Assembly: GCF_020832205.1 (NCBI RefSeq)
Contig: NZ_JAFIFD010000026.1
Span: forward strand, 7,269 to 71,268
DNA from: Exiguobacterium sp.
GTDB taxonomy: Bacteria; Bacillota; Bacilli; Exiguobacteriales; Exiguobacteriaceae
Length of the DNA stretch: 64,000 nucleotides
Reading direction: 5' to 3'
Below, in pieces: positions 9,650 through 18,847 of the stretch. Position 1 is the first letter of the stretch, and each line of letters opens with the position of its first letter. The position numbers and the translations under genes are program-made. The notes below the pieces were generated by a model that saw nothing but the letters and a program-made list of their open reading frames with translations, did no database searches and was not told where the DNA came from.

Positions 9650-9973
9650 ATGGAAGCAGTGATGACACTAGACGCCTTGGACGAGCGGGTCGCGAACACG
9701 GAGCAGCTGCTCGTCTACGTCTCGCACCCGGGTTGCAGCGTCTGTCATGCGCTCAAACCGCAAGTCGAGGAGATGCTGACGGCGTTTCCTCACATCGCGT
9801 CCGTCGCGGTCGATTCGGATGAGGTGCCGGACATCGCCGGTGCCTATTCGATTTTCACGGTACCGGTCGTCCTGTACTTCATCGACGGAAAAGAGATGCT
9901 CCGCCGGGCCCGGTTCGTCCCGATCGGCGAATTGACGCACCAGCTCGAGCGTCTTGAACAGATGTGCGAATGA
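9650..9973 (+). CDS. thioredoxin family protein
   Basis: CSVC redox motif in SHPGCSVCHALKP, 107 aa. AAGGAGGG RBS before the ATG at 9650. Confidence 0.8.
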   Translation: MEAVMTLDALDERVANTEQLLVYVSHPGCSVCHALKPQVEEMLTAFPHIASVAVDSDEVPDIAGAYSIFTVPVVLYFIDGKEMLRRARFVPIGELTHQLERLEQMCE

Positions 9974-10001
9974 TCCACAGACAACCGTCTGTGGATTTTT
10001 T
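9973..10001 (+). terminator. rho-independent terminator
   Basis: ATCCACAGAC/GTCTGTGGAT perfect stem, loop AACC, then TTTTT. Confidence 0.85.
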
Positions 10002-10078
10002 GATTGTGGGGGACGGGCACGGGGAATCAGGAAAGTAGCCGCATCACTTTTTCGAATGGAGAAACGAGGGAAACACTG

Positions 10079-10993
10079 ATGGAAATCATCCGTCACTCCG
10101 AATGGGAGGATACGAAGCTCACTTTGCATCTGCTGTCGCAAATTTTAGGGAAGCTCAAGCTTGGCTTCGCCCCGCAAGAACCGCAATGGGCACATGTCAC
10201 GTTGCCGCTCACCGTGACCGGATTTTCGACTGGGCCGCTTTGGAGCGGGGAGATGTTGTTCGAAATCGATGTCGATGTGGCGGCTTCGGTGATCACAGTG
10301 CGAATCGACACCGAAACGACCGCCATCCCGCTTACGGCCGGGACGTCGATCAAGTCGTACTATGAGGCAATCGTTGGTGCGCTTCGGGCGTCTGGCGTCG
10401 CGATCAGCATCAACCCGGAGTCTCAAGAAATGCCCGACACGTGGTGGCTCGACCGGGACGAGTCCCCGCTCGCCTATGACACCGCCGCTGCGAAAAAAGG
10501 CATGCGCTTGTTCCAATACGCAGCCCGAGAGCAAACGGCGTTTCTTGCCCCGCTCCGGTGCCGTAAAGTGAAGCCGGCGTTGTTTTGGGGCACGTTCGAC
10601 GTCTCGTCGCTCATCGTCTACAACAAACACGAGCCGTTCCCGAAAGACTTGGTCATCGAGAAGGCCGCTTTCGACGAGCCGATGATCGAGTTCGGATTTT
10701 GGCTCGGGGATGCGTCTGTCGATGTGCCGACGTTTTTCGTCTTGCCGTATCCGTTCCAATACACGGAACTCCCCTCGGAGCGTATCCAACCGGCGGATGC
10801 CTACTACGACGCCGCGATGAGCGAATGTTTCTTGTCGCTCGAATATGTGACGGACCGGGACGTTCAGTCCTTCTTCCGCACGTCGTTCGATCTGTTGAGC
10901 GAGCAGTTAGGGTGGGAAGGGTGCGACCATTATTTCTTACCGCTCAAGATGCCCGCACAACCGAAACAAGAGCCCATGGACGAAAGTCCGTGA
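10079..10993 (+). CDS. conserved hypothetical protein (DUF5996-like)
   Basis: Long ORF with coding-like composition. The N-terminus WEDTKLTLHLLSQILGKLKLGFAPQEPQWAHVTL recalls DUF5996 proteins. GAGGGA RBS before the ATG at 10079. Confidence 0.6.
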   Translation: MEIIRHSEWEDTKLTLHLLSQILGKLKLGFAPQEPQWAHVTLPLTVTGFSTGPLWSGEMLFEIDVDVAASVITVRIDTETTAIPLTAGTSIKSYYEAIVGALRASGVAISINPESQEMPDTWWLDRDESPLAYDTAAAKKGMRLFQYAAREQTAFLAPLRCRKVKPALFWGTFDVSSLIVYNKHEPFPKDLVIEKAAFDEPMIEFGFWLGDASVDVPTFFVLPYPFQYTELPSERIQPADAYYDAAMSECFLSLEYVTDRDVQSFFRTSFDLLSEQLGWEGCDHYFLPLKMPAQPKQEPMDESP

Positions 10994-11035
10994 GCTCTTG
11001 TTTTGTTCTAATCTATTATTTGAACCGATTAATAA

Positions 11036-11055
11036 TAATCGATTATAATCGATTA
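11036..11055. repeat. tandem duplicate of the 10-nt palindrome TAATCGATTA
   Basis: TAATCGATTA-TAATCGATTA, preceded by the partial copy CCGATTAAT at 11025-11033. It sits between convergent genes. Confidence 0.7.
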
Positions 11056-11061
11056 TTTTAC

Positions 11062-11790
11062 TCAGCCTTCAGTTGTTTGCGGAACGAGGTAAATCAAACC
11101 GAACGGATTGTGGAGCAAGTTATCGATCGACGTCCGCTCGTCTTCGCCCATCTCGACCGTGAACGATTTGCCGTCCTCGAACGCGAAGCTGTCGCCGTCG
11201 CCGAACATCGAGCCGCCTGAGATCAAGTGGAAGTTGAACGAGTGGATGACGTGAATCGCATCCTCGACTTCAAGTGTCGACGGGACGGCGACGTCGGCTT
11301 GGCCGAACGCTTTCATGCCCCATGACATGTACGACGTCTCTTCTTCCGTGATCGCCGTAAGGAGCGAATAGTCGAGGGCGAGGTCTTCTTCTTTTGATTC
11401 TTGCCACTCGTCTTTCGAGTAGGCGACGCCTGCCGTCTCGACCATGACGCCAAGTCCGCCGGCGTTCAAGAGGGCATTCGCTGCACGGCGGGCCGCCGCG
11501 ATGTCGGACACGTCGTTGACGTCGACGATCAAGTAGACGATGTGCGTGTGACGGGCGAGTCCTTTGGCGACTTTCGGTGTGAAGCCGCTCGTGCTCGCGT
11601 GGATCATCGCCTCGGCGAGCGCCGGGTCACGTTCGATGACTTCGACCGTGAACGCCTTGCCGGTCTCGTCTTCTAAGAGCAGCAGACCTGCCATCGTGTA
11701 GCCTTCGCTATGTAAGCTGATTTGTTCGTTGACTGCCTCGGCCGATGACCAGTTCCCTGGAATGGCGAGCAACACTTGTGTACGGTTCAT
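11062..11790 (-). CDS. hypothetical protein (DUF4261-like)
   Basis: 242-aa ORF. AGAGGA RBS 8 nt before the ATG at 11790; the ORF-track start at 11799 is too close to the RBS. The family call is from memory only. Confidence 0.55.
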   Translation of the reverse strand: MNRTQVLLAIPGNWSSAEAVNEQISLHSEGYTMAGLLLLEDETGKAFTVEVIERDPALAEAMIHASTSGFTPKVAKGLARHTHIVYLIVDVNDVSDIAAARRAANALLNAGGLGVMVETAGVAYSKDEWQESKEEDLALDYSLLTAITEEETSYMSWGMKAFGQADVAVPSTLEVEDAIHVIHSFNFHLISGGSMFGDGDSFAFEDGKSFTVEMGEDERTSIDNLLHNPFGLIYLVPQTTEG

Positions 11791-11804
11791 ATGAATCATC
11801 CTCT

Positions 11805-11837
11805 TCTAAATAGTTGGGCCTCTCTTGAGAGAGGCCC
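11805..11837 (-). terminator. hairpin terminator downstream of the ABC permease gene
   Basis: GGGCCTCTC/GAGAGGCCC stem. The T-run on the minus strand is weak. Confidence 0.45.
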
Positions 11838-11873
11838 GGTCTCTTCTCTTATTATGCCCTATTTCAAGGCAAA

Positions 11874-14204
11874 TTATTCTTGATACGTCTTCAATACTTC
11901 TTGAAGCGGGATTTGGTCGATTTTTCTGCGGCTGACGAACGTGCTCGCGAAGAAGAGCAAGACGACGACACCGACCGTATACAGGACGTAAATCCAGTCA
12001 AACTCGAGCGGGAGGACGAAGCCATAATCCTCGGCGAAAATGATGACGATGAGCCGCAGCGTCACGATGGCGATTGGGATGCTGAGGAGCGCCGAGACGA
12101 GGGCGTAGACGAAATAGCTGTTGAGGATCATCGAGCGGACCTCGCGGCGATCGTAGCCCATCACTTTCAAGAGCGAGATGACGTAATAGTTCTTCTCGAC
12201 CGTGAGCGCCGTCAAGACGAACAAGATACTGAACGCGATCAAGGCGGAGGCACCGATCATGACGTTCATCATCAAGTTCATATATTCGTTAAGCGACTGC
12301 GACTGCTCGATCAAGCCGTCGCGTGACAAGATCGTCGGATAGTCCGCCTCGTTCGGCCGCTCGTTCGCATATACCCCGTTGAACAAGTCGCTGGAAGCCC
12401 CGTCCGACAATTGTTCGCTCAGCGTCGTCCGCGGCAAATAGACGATGTCGCCTGTGAAGTCGTCGGCGACCCCGAGGATCTCATAAGACAACGAGTCACC
12501 GTCGAGGGAGACGTCGAGCGTGTCACCGGGCGTGAGCCGTTGCTTCAACGCGAGCGGCTCAGAGATGATGACGCCGTCCGGAGCAGGCCGCAGCTCGTTG
12601 CCGTCCCCGTCACGCAATCGATAGAGCGTGTTGTCGTCATCGAGCCCTTTGAGTGTGACGAGCTTGTCGTTGACGAATGCGAACGGATAGGTGAGGAACG
12701 GTTCTTGCCCGTCGACGAGTGTCGGGGTCGTCGCTCCGGTATACGCCTCATACGCGTAGTCGACGTCGTTCAACCCGCCGACCGTCATCCGGTCGACGGC
12801 ACCGTTCATCATGAGAGCGAAGACGATGAGGAGCGTCGAGAACAAAATACCGAAAAAGAAGATGACGAAGCTGCCCGTGCTCTTGACGGCGTACAAATAT
12901 TTGAACTTCGTCTTGCCGCGGGCGCGGCGCAGCAAGCGGCTGACGATGCGGCTGAGCCGATTGAGGGAGACGTTGTCCCGCGGCGAGAGAAGCGCGAGCG
13001 CACTTTCTCCCATCAATTTAAAGATGACGGCGCCGGCGACGAGTGCGAAGAACAAGAGCGGGGCGAACACGGCCGTGAGGAAGACGACCGGACTTTGGGC
13101 GATGGTGATGGACGGCAGTAAATAAAAGTCGAGGTACAAGTTTTTAAGCGGTTCGGCGAAATAGAGGCCGAGGAAGTAGCCGATGACGAGCATGACCGTC
13201 GCGAAGACGAGGATGAGCACCAAATACGGCGCGGCGATTTGCCGGCGGCTATACCCGATCGCTTTCAGCAGCCCGATTTGTCCGCGCTCGGCTTCGAGCA
13301 TGTTCGAAATCAAGATGCCGACGATGATGACGGCGATCGAGACGATGAAGAGGCTCAACCCGAGCGCCATCGCCTTGCCGGACGAGATCTCGCTGTAGAT
13401 GGCGCCGCTGCGCATAATGTTCTCGGTCTCCATGACCGTGATGACGAACGGGAGGTCGACGTCTGCGACCGGTCCGTCCGTCACGCCGGCGATGCGAAAC
13501 GTCTCTTGGGCCACGGTCGCTTCATACGCCGCGTCCGTCATGAGCAGGAGCGTCTGCGTGCCGGCGTCGAGGTTGAAGAAGTTGTCATCGAAGAGCGGCA
13601 GCGTATAGTCCGGGAACAAGACGAAGCCGCTCACGGTGAACGGCGTCCCGAAATCGAGCGTGTCGCCGATCTCGATGCCGTTCTTTTCGGCATACTTCGC
13701 ATTGATGGCGACTTCATCGTCCGCGTTCGGGCGCTGGCCGGCCTCGAGGTACGACACGTTGATCGTGTCCGCTTCTTTTAAGATGAGCCCGCGATGGTCG
13801 GTGCCTTCGAACGAATAGGAGATGAGTTTCGATTCCCGGAGCTCGAGACGGGCGTCCGGCATTTCGGCCTCGAGCGCGTCGATCCGGTCCGAGATCAAGT
13901 CATCGAACGTGGCCCGGTCGACTTGCTTCAAGTCCGACAACGTGTACGTGCCCGCGGCGGCGAGCGCACCGATGGCGGGGTCCGCCGCTTCTTGTTCGGT
14001 GACGCGGTTCAGCATCTCGACGGCGAAATCCTCTTGGTTGGAAGATCGTAAATAGTCTTCGGTCGGGACTTCGATGCCGCTGATGCCATAGAACATCATC
14101 GTGTACGTGAGCGAGCTCATGACGATGATGACGGCGATGGCGACGAGCTGCATCCATTTGCCGGCGAGCGTTTTCCAGACGTTTTTATAAAGCATCGGTC
14201 TCAC
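11874..14204 (-). CDS. ABC transporter permease, tandem FtsX/MacB type (8 TM, two extracytoplasmic domains)
   Basis: Two repeats of one TM, an extracytoplasmic domain of about 230 aa and three TM. The GTG start overlaps the ATPase stop (GTGA). Confidence 0.85.
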   Translation of the reverse strand: MRPMLYKNVWKTLAGKWMQLVAIAVIIVMSSLTYTMMFYGISGIEVPTEDYLRSSNQEDFAVEMLNRVTEQEAADPAIGALAAAGTYTLSDLKQVDRATFDDLISDRIDALEAEMPDARLELRESKLISYSFEGTDHRGLILKEADTINVSYLEAGQRPNADDEVAINAKYAEKNGIEIGDTLDFGTPFTVSGFVLFPDYTLPLFDDNFFNLDAGTQTLLLMTDAAYEATVAQETFRIAGVTDGPVADVDLPFVITVMETENIMRSGAIYSEISSGKAMALGLSLFIVSIAVIIVGILISNMLEAERGQIGLLKAIGYSRRQIAAPYLVLILVFATVMLVIGYFLGLYFAEPLKNLYLDFYLLPSITIAQSPVVFLTAVFAPLLFFALVAGAVIFKLMGESALALLSPRDNVSLNRLSRIVSRLLRRARGKTKFKYLYAVKSTGSFVIFFFGILFSTLLIVFALMMNGAVDRMTVGGLNDVDYAYEAYTGATTPTLVDGQEPFLTYPFAFVNDKLVTLKGLDDDNTLYRLRDGDGNELRPAPDGVIISEPLALKQRLTPGDTLDVSLDGDSLSYEILGVADDFTGDIVYLPRTTLSEQLSDGASSDLFNGVYANERPNEADYPTILSRDGLIEQSQSLNEYMNLMMNVMIGASALIAFSILFVLTALTVEKNYYVISLLKVMGYDRREVRSMILNSYFVYALVSALLSIPIAIVTLRLIVIIFAEDYGFVLPLEFDWIYVLYTVGVVVLLFFASTFVSRRKIDQIPLQEVLKTYQE

Positions 14205-14899
14205 CCCCAGTGGATGTCGCGAGCGGCTTGTCGGACCGGGTTATGCTTCAGCTCGACGATGCGCCCGGAGTTCATTTTAATGACGTCGTCGGCCATCGCC
14301 CCGATCCCGGTGTTGTGGGTGATGACGACGATCGTCTTGCCGTACTTCTCGTTCAACCGTTCGAGCAGCTCGAGCACACGCTTCGAGTTATCTTCGTCGA
14401 GTGATCCGGTCGGTTCGTCACAAAAGACGATGGACGGATTTTTCGCGAGGCTCCTGGCGACGGAGACGCGCTGTTGTTCTCCACCGGACAATTGATACGG
14501 ATACTTGTCGCGAGCCGATGCGAGGCCGACCTGCTCGAGCAACTCGTCGATTGATAACGGTTTACTCGACAAGTCGGCGCCGATTTGAATGTTCTCATAG
14601 ACGGTCAAATTTTGAAGCAAGTTGTATTGTTGAAAGATGAAGCCGAGATGGTCACGCCGAAACGCGGTCATCTGTTCCGGGGTGAGGTCGGTCAGGACGG
14701 TCGAATCGAACGTGATGACCCCGGACGTCACCGTGTCGAGCCCGCTGATGACGTTCAAGAGCGTGCTTTTGCCGCTGCCGCTCGGACCTAAGATGACGAC
14801 GAACGCTCCGTCTTGAATCGTCAAATTGATCTCTTTTAACGCCGCGGTCTCGACGTCTCCTGTCTTGTACACTTTATGGACGTTCTCGAGTCGGATCAT
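14201..14899 (-). CDS. ABC transporter ATP-binding protein (MacB/LolD-like)
   Basis: Walker A GPSGSGKST, signature LSGGEQQRV, Walker B IVFCDEPTGSLD. GGAGG RBS. Confidence 0.92.
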   Translation of the reverse strand: MIRLENVHKVYKTGDVETAALKEINLTIQDGAFVVILGPSGSGKSTLLNVISGLDTVTSGVITFDSTVLTDLTPEQMTAFRRDHLGFIFQQYNLLQNLTVYENIQIGADLSSKPLSIDELLEQVGLASARDKYPYQLSGGEQQRVSVARSLAKNPSIVFCDEPTGSLDEDNSKRVLELLERLNEKYGKTIVVITHNTGIGAMADDVIKMNSGRIVELKHNPVRQAARDIHWG

Positions 14900-14929
14900 G
14901 AGAAAAACCTCCTTTGGCCGTTGCTAATT

Positions 14930-14992
14930 ATGTACCCGTTTCCGATCGTTTCCCGTCGGCTACGTTTGAACATTTCTGGAAGACGGGTACAT
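14930..14992. repeat. long-range inverted repeat in the divergent ABC/degV intergenic region
   Basis: ATGTACCCGTTTCC (14930-14943) pairs with GGAAGACGGGTACAT (14978-14992): 14 bp with one bulge, about 34-nt loop, TTTTT on the plus-strand side. Confidence 0.6.
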
Positions 14993-15074
14993 TTTTCAAA
15001 AAATAGTGAAACCGTTTCAACTGTGATAAAATAATATTACCAGGTACTAATTTCGATTGAAGGAGAGTCATACT

Positions 15075-15905
15075 ATGAAAATTGCTTACATTACGGACAG
15101 TACGGTCGTCCTTCCGGATTCGATCAAACAACATCCCGACATCCACATCGTCCCGCTCTACGTCGTCAAAGGGGATACGCCTTACAAGGACGGCATCGAA
15201 GTCGACGCCGAGACGGTATACGAATGGATCGACGCAGGGGAGCGCGTCTCGACGAGCCAGCCGGCGATTGGGGACTTCGTCACTCTCTACGAGGAGTTGA
15301 AGCAGACGTACGACATGGGCATCGCCGTCCATTTGTCGTCGGATTTGAGCGGCACGTATTCGGCATCGGTGCAAGGCGCTGAGATCGCCGAGTTCAAATT
15401 GCTCGCCATCGACTCGCGAGCGGGCATTTATACGATGGGGCTGTTGCTCGAGGAATTAATCGAGCGCGTCGAGCGCGGTGACGCGTTAGAAGACGTCGAA
15501 GCGTATATGAAAGAACGCGTCAAAGACGTCCGCATCGAGTTGACGATTCAAAACTTGACGCAAATGCAAAAGGGCGGCCGCATCTCGAAGTCGAAGGCGC
15601 TCATCGGCAACATGCTCCAACTGAAGCCGGTACTCCGCTTCGAAGACGGGCTCATCGTCCCGTATCAGACGGTACGGACGTACAAGAAGGCGCAAGCGCA
15701 CTTGTTTGAAGTGATTCGCGCCGCCATCGAGTCAGGGGAATGTAAAGACGTCTCGATCTTCCACGGCAACGTGCCGGAACTGGCCGAGTCATGGAAACAG
15801 CAGCTCGGCGGCGACGTGCCAATCCGCGTCGACACGCTCGCACCGCTCCTCGGGGCCCATACCGGCTCTGGATCGATCGGCATCTCGTACTTGAAAGCGA
15901 AATAA
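15075..15905 (+). CDS. DegV family fatty-acid-binding protein (second copy)
   Basis: MKIAYITDSTVV..., TSQP, QNLTQMQKGGR. AAGGAG RBS before the ATG at 15075. Confidence 0.85.
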   Translation: MKIAYITDSTVVLPDSIKQHPDIHIVPLYVVKGDTPYKDGIEVDAETVYEWIDAGERVSTSQPAIGDFVTLYEELKQTYDMGIAVHLSSDLSGTYSASVQGAEIAEFKLLAIDSRAGIYTMGLLLEELIERVERGDALEDVEAYMKERVKDVRIELTIQNLTQMQKGGRISKSKALIGNMLQLKPVLRFEDGLIVPYQTVRTYKKAQAHLFEVIRAAIESGECKDVSIFHGNVPELAESWKQQLGGDVPIRVDTLAPLLGAHTGSGSIGISYLKAK

Positions 15906-16026
15906 GCTCTTGGCCGTGGCATATGCCACGGTCTTTTCATTGTCACAACTTTCAAACAACGGCTGGAATCTTTCACCAAAACCCTTCATACTGTTAAGGA
16001 ATGCTAACGAAAAAGGAGGGAAGGCG

Positions 16027-17709
16027 ATGCGATTCCGCAAGTATCTCGTACGCAGTTGGTTGTTGTGGTCGCTCGTCTTTGCCGGAATCATCTATTCCAC
16101 ATGGCAGAGTATGGGAGCGTTCGAATGGACGCTGTTCTGGTTCATCTACACGCTCGGCGCCTTGTTCGTGATGAACCCGCTCAAGCGCCGGCATCTTCAC
16201 TTCACGTTCCACGAGATGTTCGTCTTCATGACGTTCTTCTTTTACGGGCTCGTCCCGGCGCTCGTCATGGGACAGTTGCTGCTGTTGACGTTTCAGGCGA
16301 GATCGTTCACGAAACGGGTCGGGCGAAGGCGGTTCCTCCATTTCTATCCGCTGAACACGCTCATCGAGGCGATGATTCTCCTCGTTCCGGGACTCGTCTA
16401 TTTGCGGCTCGGCGGACAGATCGGCCCGTCCGTTCACTTGCTTGAACAAGGGACGGCGCTGCTTTCCTTCTTCGCCGTCCTCTATCTCGTCCTCAGTTTC
16501 AGTTTCGTCTTGTCCCGCTTTTTGATCGGGGAGCGCATCCCGCTGCCGATCATGTGGCGTTTACTCCGGTTCGACTGGCTCGTCGTCTCGCTCGAGCTGT
16601 TGTTCACGATGGTGGCGATCGAGGCGTATCAACTGTTCGGCTACGTCGGCTTGATGGGGACGTTCCTGTTGTTGTCGCTCTTGAAGATGAGTTTGTCGAA
16701 AGCGACGGAGACCGAGGAGACGCAGACGAAAATCGACCAGATCGAACGATTGAAAGAACAGCTGTATCGTGTTGACAGCGAACCGCTCCTCATCGAGAAG
16801 TTTTGGAACGGGTTGCGGGAAGTCGTCGAAGTAGAACGGGGCTGGCTCCAAGTGAACCGCGGCGGCAACCGGACGTTTTACGATATGACCGGCCGCGTCG
16901 ACCGCGCCGTCCCCGACGCGTACACACTCGAACGGCATCGTGACGCCGGGGAGACGTATTTTCTTTATGACTCGCTCCACGAGTGGCATCCGGAGCTATT
17001 GGCGCACCAGACCGAGCTCCATCAGTCGGCGCTCGTCATCCAGCCGGTCCGCAGTACGACGAACGCCGTCAGCTGCATGATTTCGACGACGGCGAACGGC
17101 GCCTATGAAGAAGCGCTCGCGGTCGAGATTCATCGTCTGTTGAAGACGTTGTCCTGGTCACTCGAGCGAATCGACGAGCGTGACCGGTTGCAACATGAGA
17201 GTTTGACCGACCCGCTCACCGGTCTCCCGAACCAACGGGCGCTCAGGCGCTGGACGAAAGAACGGATGAACGACGTCGCTTCTTACCCGCTGTCGGTCTT
17301 CCTCGTCGACCTCGACCACTTCAAGTCGGTGAACGATACGTACGGCCACGCGTTCGGGGACGAAGTGCTGATCGAGGCGGGGGCGTTGTTCACGCGGCTC
17401 GTCCGGACAGGGGACCTCGTCACCCGGTACGGCGGGGAAGAGTTCGTCTTCGTCTTCCCGCGTACGAACGAACAAGCGGCCATCTTGACCGGAGAGAAAA
17501 TCCGACAGGCGCTGCGGGCCCATCCATTCGGGACGGAAGGGGTGCGCATCCAAGTGACGGCGAGCATCGGCGTCGAGACGATCCATGAATATGAAGAACT
17601 CGACACGGTACTCAGGAACGCCGACCGGGCGATGTACGTCGGGGCGAAGTTCAACGGCCGCGACCGGGTCGCCCATTATCGCGATACGTCGACCGAGCGT
17701 ATCCAATGA
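16027..17709 (+). CDS. integral-membrane diguanylate cyclase (GGEEF active site, RxxD I-site)
   Basis: About 8 N-terminal TM segments and a central sensory region. RTGDLVTRYGGEEFVFVF has RxxD exactly 5 residues before GGEEF. GGAGGG RBS before the ATG at 16027. Confidence 0.88.
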   Translation: MRFRKYLVRSWLLWSLVFAGIIYSTWQSMGAFEWTLFWFIYTLGALFVMNPLKRRHLHFTFHEMFVFMTFFFYGLVPALVMGQLLLLTFQARSFTKRVGRRRFLHFYPLNTLIEAMILLVPGLVYLRLGGQIGPSVHLLEQGTALLSFFAVLYLVLSFSFVLSRFLIGERIPLPIMWRLLRFDWLVVSLELLFTMVAIEAYQLFGYVGLMGTFLLLSLLKMSLSKATETEETQTKIDQIERLKEQLYRVDSEPLLIEKFWNGLREVVEVERGWLQVNRGGNRTFYDMTGRVDRAVPDAYTLERHRDAGETYFLYDSLHEWHPELLAHQTELHQSALVIQPVRSTTNAVSCMISTTANGAYEEALAVEIHRLLKTLSWSLERIDERDRLQHESLTDPLTGLPNQRALRRWTKERMNDVASYPLSVFLVDLDHFKSVNDTYGHAFGDEVLIEAGALFTRLVRTGDLVTRYGGEEFVFVFPRTNEQAAILTGEKIRQALRAHPFGTEGVRIQVTASIGVETIHEYEELDTVLRNADRAMYVGAKFNGRDRVAHYRDTSTERIQ

Positions 17710-17711
17710 AA

Positions 17712-17741
17712 AAAGGAGAATCCGCTGTGGATTCTCCTTTT
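17712..17741. terminator. bidirectional rho-independent terminator
   Basis: AAAGGAGAATCC/GGATTCTCCTTT perfect 12-bp stem flanked by an A-run and a T-run, between convergent genes. Confidence 0.85.
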
Positions 17742-17752
17742 CGTATGATGGA

Positions 17753-18421
17753 TTATAATTTCGAACTAAAAATTTCTGATTCGACCGCATGAATCGCGGC
17801 CGACCAAGAACCGTAGCGATGCAAGATCGCTTTCGTCGATGGCTTGTTATTGCGTTTCGCCCATTCACGATACGCCTCGAATGAAAGAGAGAAGCCCATC
17901 TCATGAATCGCCTCTCGAAGCGCGTTCGAGAGCTCCGACTTCGAATACGTCACGCTCGCTTCAAGTCCGGCTTCAGCGCAGGCATCGTGCCACGAACCGA
18001 ATGTCTTGACGATATGGTAATGGCTCGGTGCTTTCGGATGAAGCTTCCGCCATTCCTGATACTTCTTGAGCGTGATAATCGATCCCATGTCACGCGAATA
18101 GAGTGCGAGCGTCTCGATGATGTCGTCACGTGTGTACTTCGGCATCTTATCCGGAAGCTCGACTGTCGTTTCCCCGTGCCATTCATAGCCGGCAATGGCA
18201 AGCGCCTCGGCCCATGATCCGAACTGACGGATAATCGACTCCGGAGACGGCCAGTTCTGTTCCATCGCGAAACGGCGATAGACGGAGCGGCGTGGACGTT
18301 CCTTCAGCAAGTCACCGAGGAGGCGAATGCAGTGGACCATCCTCTGCTGTTCGGTGGACAAGTGGTGGGATTTAGTGGGTAGCGTTTGACTCAATGATGG
18401 TTCCTCCTTCCATGGACTCAT
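17753..18421 (-). CDS. protein made of three homing-endonuclease-associated (HNH-repeat-like) repeats, no catalytic domain
   Basis: Three units of about 58 aa end in FGSWAEALAIAGY, FGSWHDACAEAGL and YGSWSAAIHAVE. An internal AAGGAGG followed by the TTG at 18394 is an alternative start. Confidence 0.7.
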   Translation of the reverse strand: MSPWKEEPSLSQTLPTKSHHLSTEQQRMVHCIRLLGDLLKERPRRSVYRRFAMEQNWPSPESIIRQFGSWAEALAIAGYEWHGETTVELPDKMPKYTRDDIIETLALYSRDMGSIITLKKYQEWRKLHPKAPSHYHIVKTFGSWHDACAEAGLEASVTYSKSELSNALREAIHEMGFSLSFEAYREWAKRNNKPSTKAILHRYGSWSAAIHAVESEIFSSKL

Positions 18422-18652
18422 ATCTGAACCGACAATGATGAAGAAATTGCTTCTACAATCATACTATCGGCCAATTTTTACAAATCATAAGCCGAATTTT
18501 GAAGTTTTTTTAAGTGCGAAATGAAATGGGATAGGACCAAAGACTTATCCATAATTTGAAAAAATGGTAACAGTTCTATTACAAATTAAATATTATTTAA
18601 TTCCAAATGTAAACAAAAAGTTTTTAAAATGGATTAAATGTAATATTATTGC

Positions 18653-18708
18653 ACAAAAAAGTACCCAACTGGGCGATGGGGTCATCACCGTCGCGTCAGT
18701 TGAGTACT
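18653..18708 (-). terminator. orphan terminator-like hairpin inside an AT-rich intergenic island
   Basis: Composite stem of about 19 bp (AGTACCCAACTG..GCGATGG / CCGTCGC..CAGTTGAGTACT). On the minus strand it is followed by TTTTTTG. No minus-strand CDS lies upstream. Confidence 0.45.
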
Positions 18709-18847
18709 CTTCTATAATAAATTTAATTTTCAGACTAATCAATAAAAGTTTTTAAAATATATGATTTTTTTAAAGAGTGGTCAGCACCAGACCGAGTCTG
18801 CTAAAATAACCGCATTGAGTGAAAAAAAGAAAAGAGGATAATATGAT

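Noticed and set aside
10145-11220. ORFs 10145-10789 (-) and 10585-11220 (+).
   Set aside because: They overlap the better-supported genes 10079-10993 (+) and 11062-11790 (-). Their Arg-rich composition is typical of off-frame reading.
18564-18755. 63-aa ORF in the AT-rich island.
   Set aside because: There is no RBS. The Asn/Ile/Lys-rich translation simply reflects the AT content, and the ORF spans the GC-rich hairpin.
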